Below are positions 1 to 60,000 of a DNA stretch of 60,000 nucleotides, one piece after another. Within the stretch, counting starts at the first letter, position 1. The number at the start of each line of letters is the position of its first letter. Position numbers and translations under genes: made by a program. Under the pieces are notes generated by a model. It did no database searches and was not told the origin of the DNA. It saw nothing but the letters and a program-made list of their open reading frames with translations. Source of the stretch: Callorhinchus milii (Eukaryota). The stretch is taken from NCBI RefSeq assembly GCF_018977255.1, contig NW_024704743.1, positions 113,648,001 to 113,708,000 of the forward strand, given 5' to 3'.

Positions 1-613
1 TATCATAGATATCTGCACACATTGATCTGAGTTTTGTACTAATTTAAATGTATATAAAGCATTCTGGAATGCTACACTGCACGAGGGGCACTATATAAAT
101 GCAAGTTGCTATTGTATCCCTCTATGAAATAAATTAAGAGTAATTACTATTCTTATGATTTTAAACAAATAACATTTATAAATAGTAAGCAAAACAGTGG
201 TGAGTATTCACAGATGCACATCATATTTATGATTGAAACAATAATTTTTTGTATTTTTATCCTGTGGTTTCGTTTTGGGGAAATTAATATTAAAAATAAT
301 CATTTGCAAAGCTTGTTCATTTCACTGTTTGCACATATTTTTCTTTTGATGTTCTCTGAGTCTGTTATTGATAGTGTTAAATTCATAGTCTAGACTATTT
401 CTAATCCAATTTTTTGCGTATATTTTTATCACATTCTAAACATGCTGTCAAATAATGAATATTTATGAATATTCTTGACTGCACAGTATACCAATGCAGT
501 TTTGGAAAAGGTAGGAGTTTTATCATGTATCCCACATTAGTTTAAATTAAAACGTTCATCCCTTGATAATTTCAGTTTATTGTTTAAATCTTTTCTTTAC
601 AATTTTCCTTCAG

Positions 614-58488
<57,875 letters not shown>

Positions 58489-58784
58489 GTAAATTATTTC
58501 AGATTTTATGACTTTCTTTATACTAATTTCTTATGCATATGCATATCCTAATTAAAACAGCATTACTGTGGCCAAAATTCCAGCCTGCAATCTTGTTTAC
58601 TACTGTGCCTGGCTGTTTACCATTTGTTATTCATGGCAGACACAAGTTTGGGGGACTGAAGGACTCAAATCCATAAGAGCTCAAAGACGGTTACAAATAT
58701 GAAAGTCTGTACTTTCGTAGGTTCTTTGTCTGCTTCCTCAATGAACTAGTGGATGACGACAATGCCCAATGTAACTACATGCCT

Positions 58785-59035
58785 TTATTATCAGAAAGGT
58801 GCAAGTTCAAATTCCAGTCTGCTTAGACAGGGCAGTGGTTGGGGGGTACAATTAGCCTCAGCACCTGTGGATTAGGGAGGGGACATCATTCTGATCTCTA
58901 TCGAGAGACATCTGCTGCAAGCTGCAAGTGTATGATTGCATGAGGGCAGGCTCAGCTTTATCCCCCTTGCCTATCCATGGAATAGCCAGTTATCGATCAC
59001 AAGATTCACAAATGAATAATAGCCATTCTGATATG
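58785..59035 (+). mobile_element. SINE family C, decayed
   Basis: GTTCAAATTCC...TACAATTAGCCTCAGCACC...AGGGAGGGG...GAATAGCC. Confidence 0.55.
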
Positions 59036-59215
59036 AAACAGACAGCAGTAGAAGGAAAAGGAGCATAGCATATTCATGAGAGGAAGTGGAAGGAAGATAA
59101 TTGGAGAAGGAAAATAATCTTCCCCTCACTGTATAGTGCCCACTAATCCATTCTGGAGGAAAGATATTGAAGTTCCTGATAGTCATGAGAAGTGTTGATG
59201 TTTGTGATCATCTAA

Positions 59216-59283
59216 ACAACAACAACAACAACAAAATGACATTTATAAAACGCCTTTCACATCAGGAGGACGTCCCAAGGCCC
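59216..59283 (-). mobile_element. L2 3' tail only
   Basis: (CAA)n followed by CCTTTCACATCAGGAGGACGTCCCAAGG. Confidence 0.85.
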
Positions 59284-59689
59284 TGAGACCTAAAGGAGGT
59301 GAATTAAAGGTGGTCCACAGAAGGTGTATCCAAGCTCCTTGCTGATCTATTGGTGTACTCACACTCTGGTGACTTAGTGAAGCTGTATTGAACTTCCCAG
59401 TGGTGTAGAGGAGATCTGCATCTAACATTTCCTCCCCATCATCTACATTCCTGCTAATTGCTTTCAGGTTCTCAAGTAATTCATGAAGGACTATAGGTTT
59501 TCTGGCTTTTCGTTAGACTTGCTTCACTCATTCCCTGACTAACAGATCCATCTTAAAGTTTAAATGCTCATTCCTATGTGCTATTATTAGAGAAAGCATA
59601 GCGATTTTAATTATATATATATATTCTTAATTACAATGATAAAATGCTTCCATCAGTTTAGCATGTCTTAGATGTTAAGTCATTTTGAG

Positions 59690-59948
59690 CATAAGAACAT
59701 AAGAATTAGGAGCAGGAGTAGGCCATTCGGCCCTTCGTGCCTGCTCCGCCATTCAATAAGATCATGGCTGATCTTCTCACCTAACTCTGATTACCTGCCC
59801 TATCCCCATATCCCCTAATCCCTCTATTTTTCAAGAATCTATCAGTCTCAGCCTTGAAAATGTTCAAGGACTGAGCATCTACAGCCTTCTGGGGTAGTGA
59901 ATTCCATAAGTTCACTACCCTCTGAGTGAAGAAATGTTTCCTCATATT
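59690..59948 (-). mobile_element. CR1 LINE 3' end
   Basis: (CATAAGAA)n tail, AGGAGCAGGAGTAGGCCATTCGGCCC; reverse codes KHFFTQRVVNLWNSLP. Confidence 0.92.
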
Positions 59949-60000
59949 AATAGTAAGCACAGGAAAAACTCAAAGTACATTTGCATTTTTGTTGAAATTG

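Overview
Vertebrate genomic DNA, most likely a cartilaginous fish (repeat content suggests a chimaera or shark; this is inference). The window lies inside one + strand gene, EYA1 (eyes absent homolog 1). Fifteen coding exons between 614 and 58488 splice by hand into one uninterrupted frame of 1628 nt. It runs from the Pro/Ser/Thr-rich N-terminal region through almost all of the HAD-family Eya domain; the first exons and the last exon lie outside the window. The introns hold decayed retroelements: L2, CR1, probable Tx1- and RTE-like LINE pieces, and at least three SINE families. Nearly all ORF-track entries are spurious, TE-derived or partial exon overlaps. I found no evidence for a new multi-gene system. 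The best second-look items are an obligatory GC-AG intron, an EYA4-like 66-nt cassette exon, alternative 3' splice sites, an inverted pair of DR2 elements inside a 56-bp direct repeat, and a 141-bp hairpin element with an 11-bp flanking duplication.
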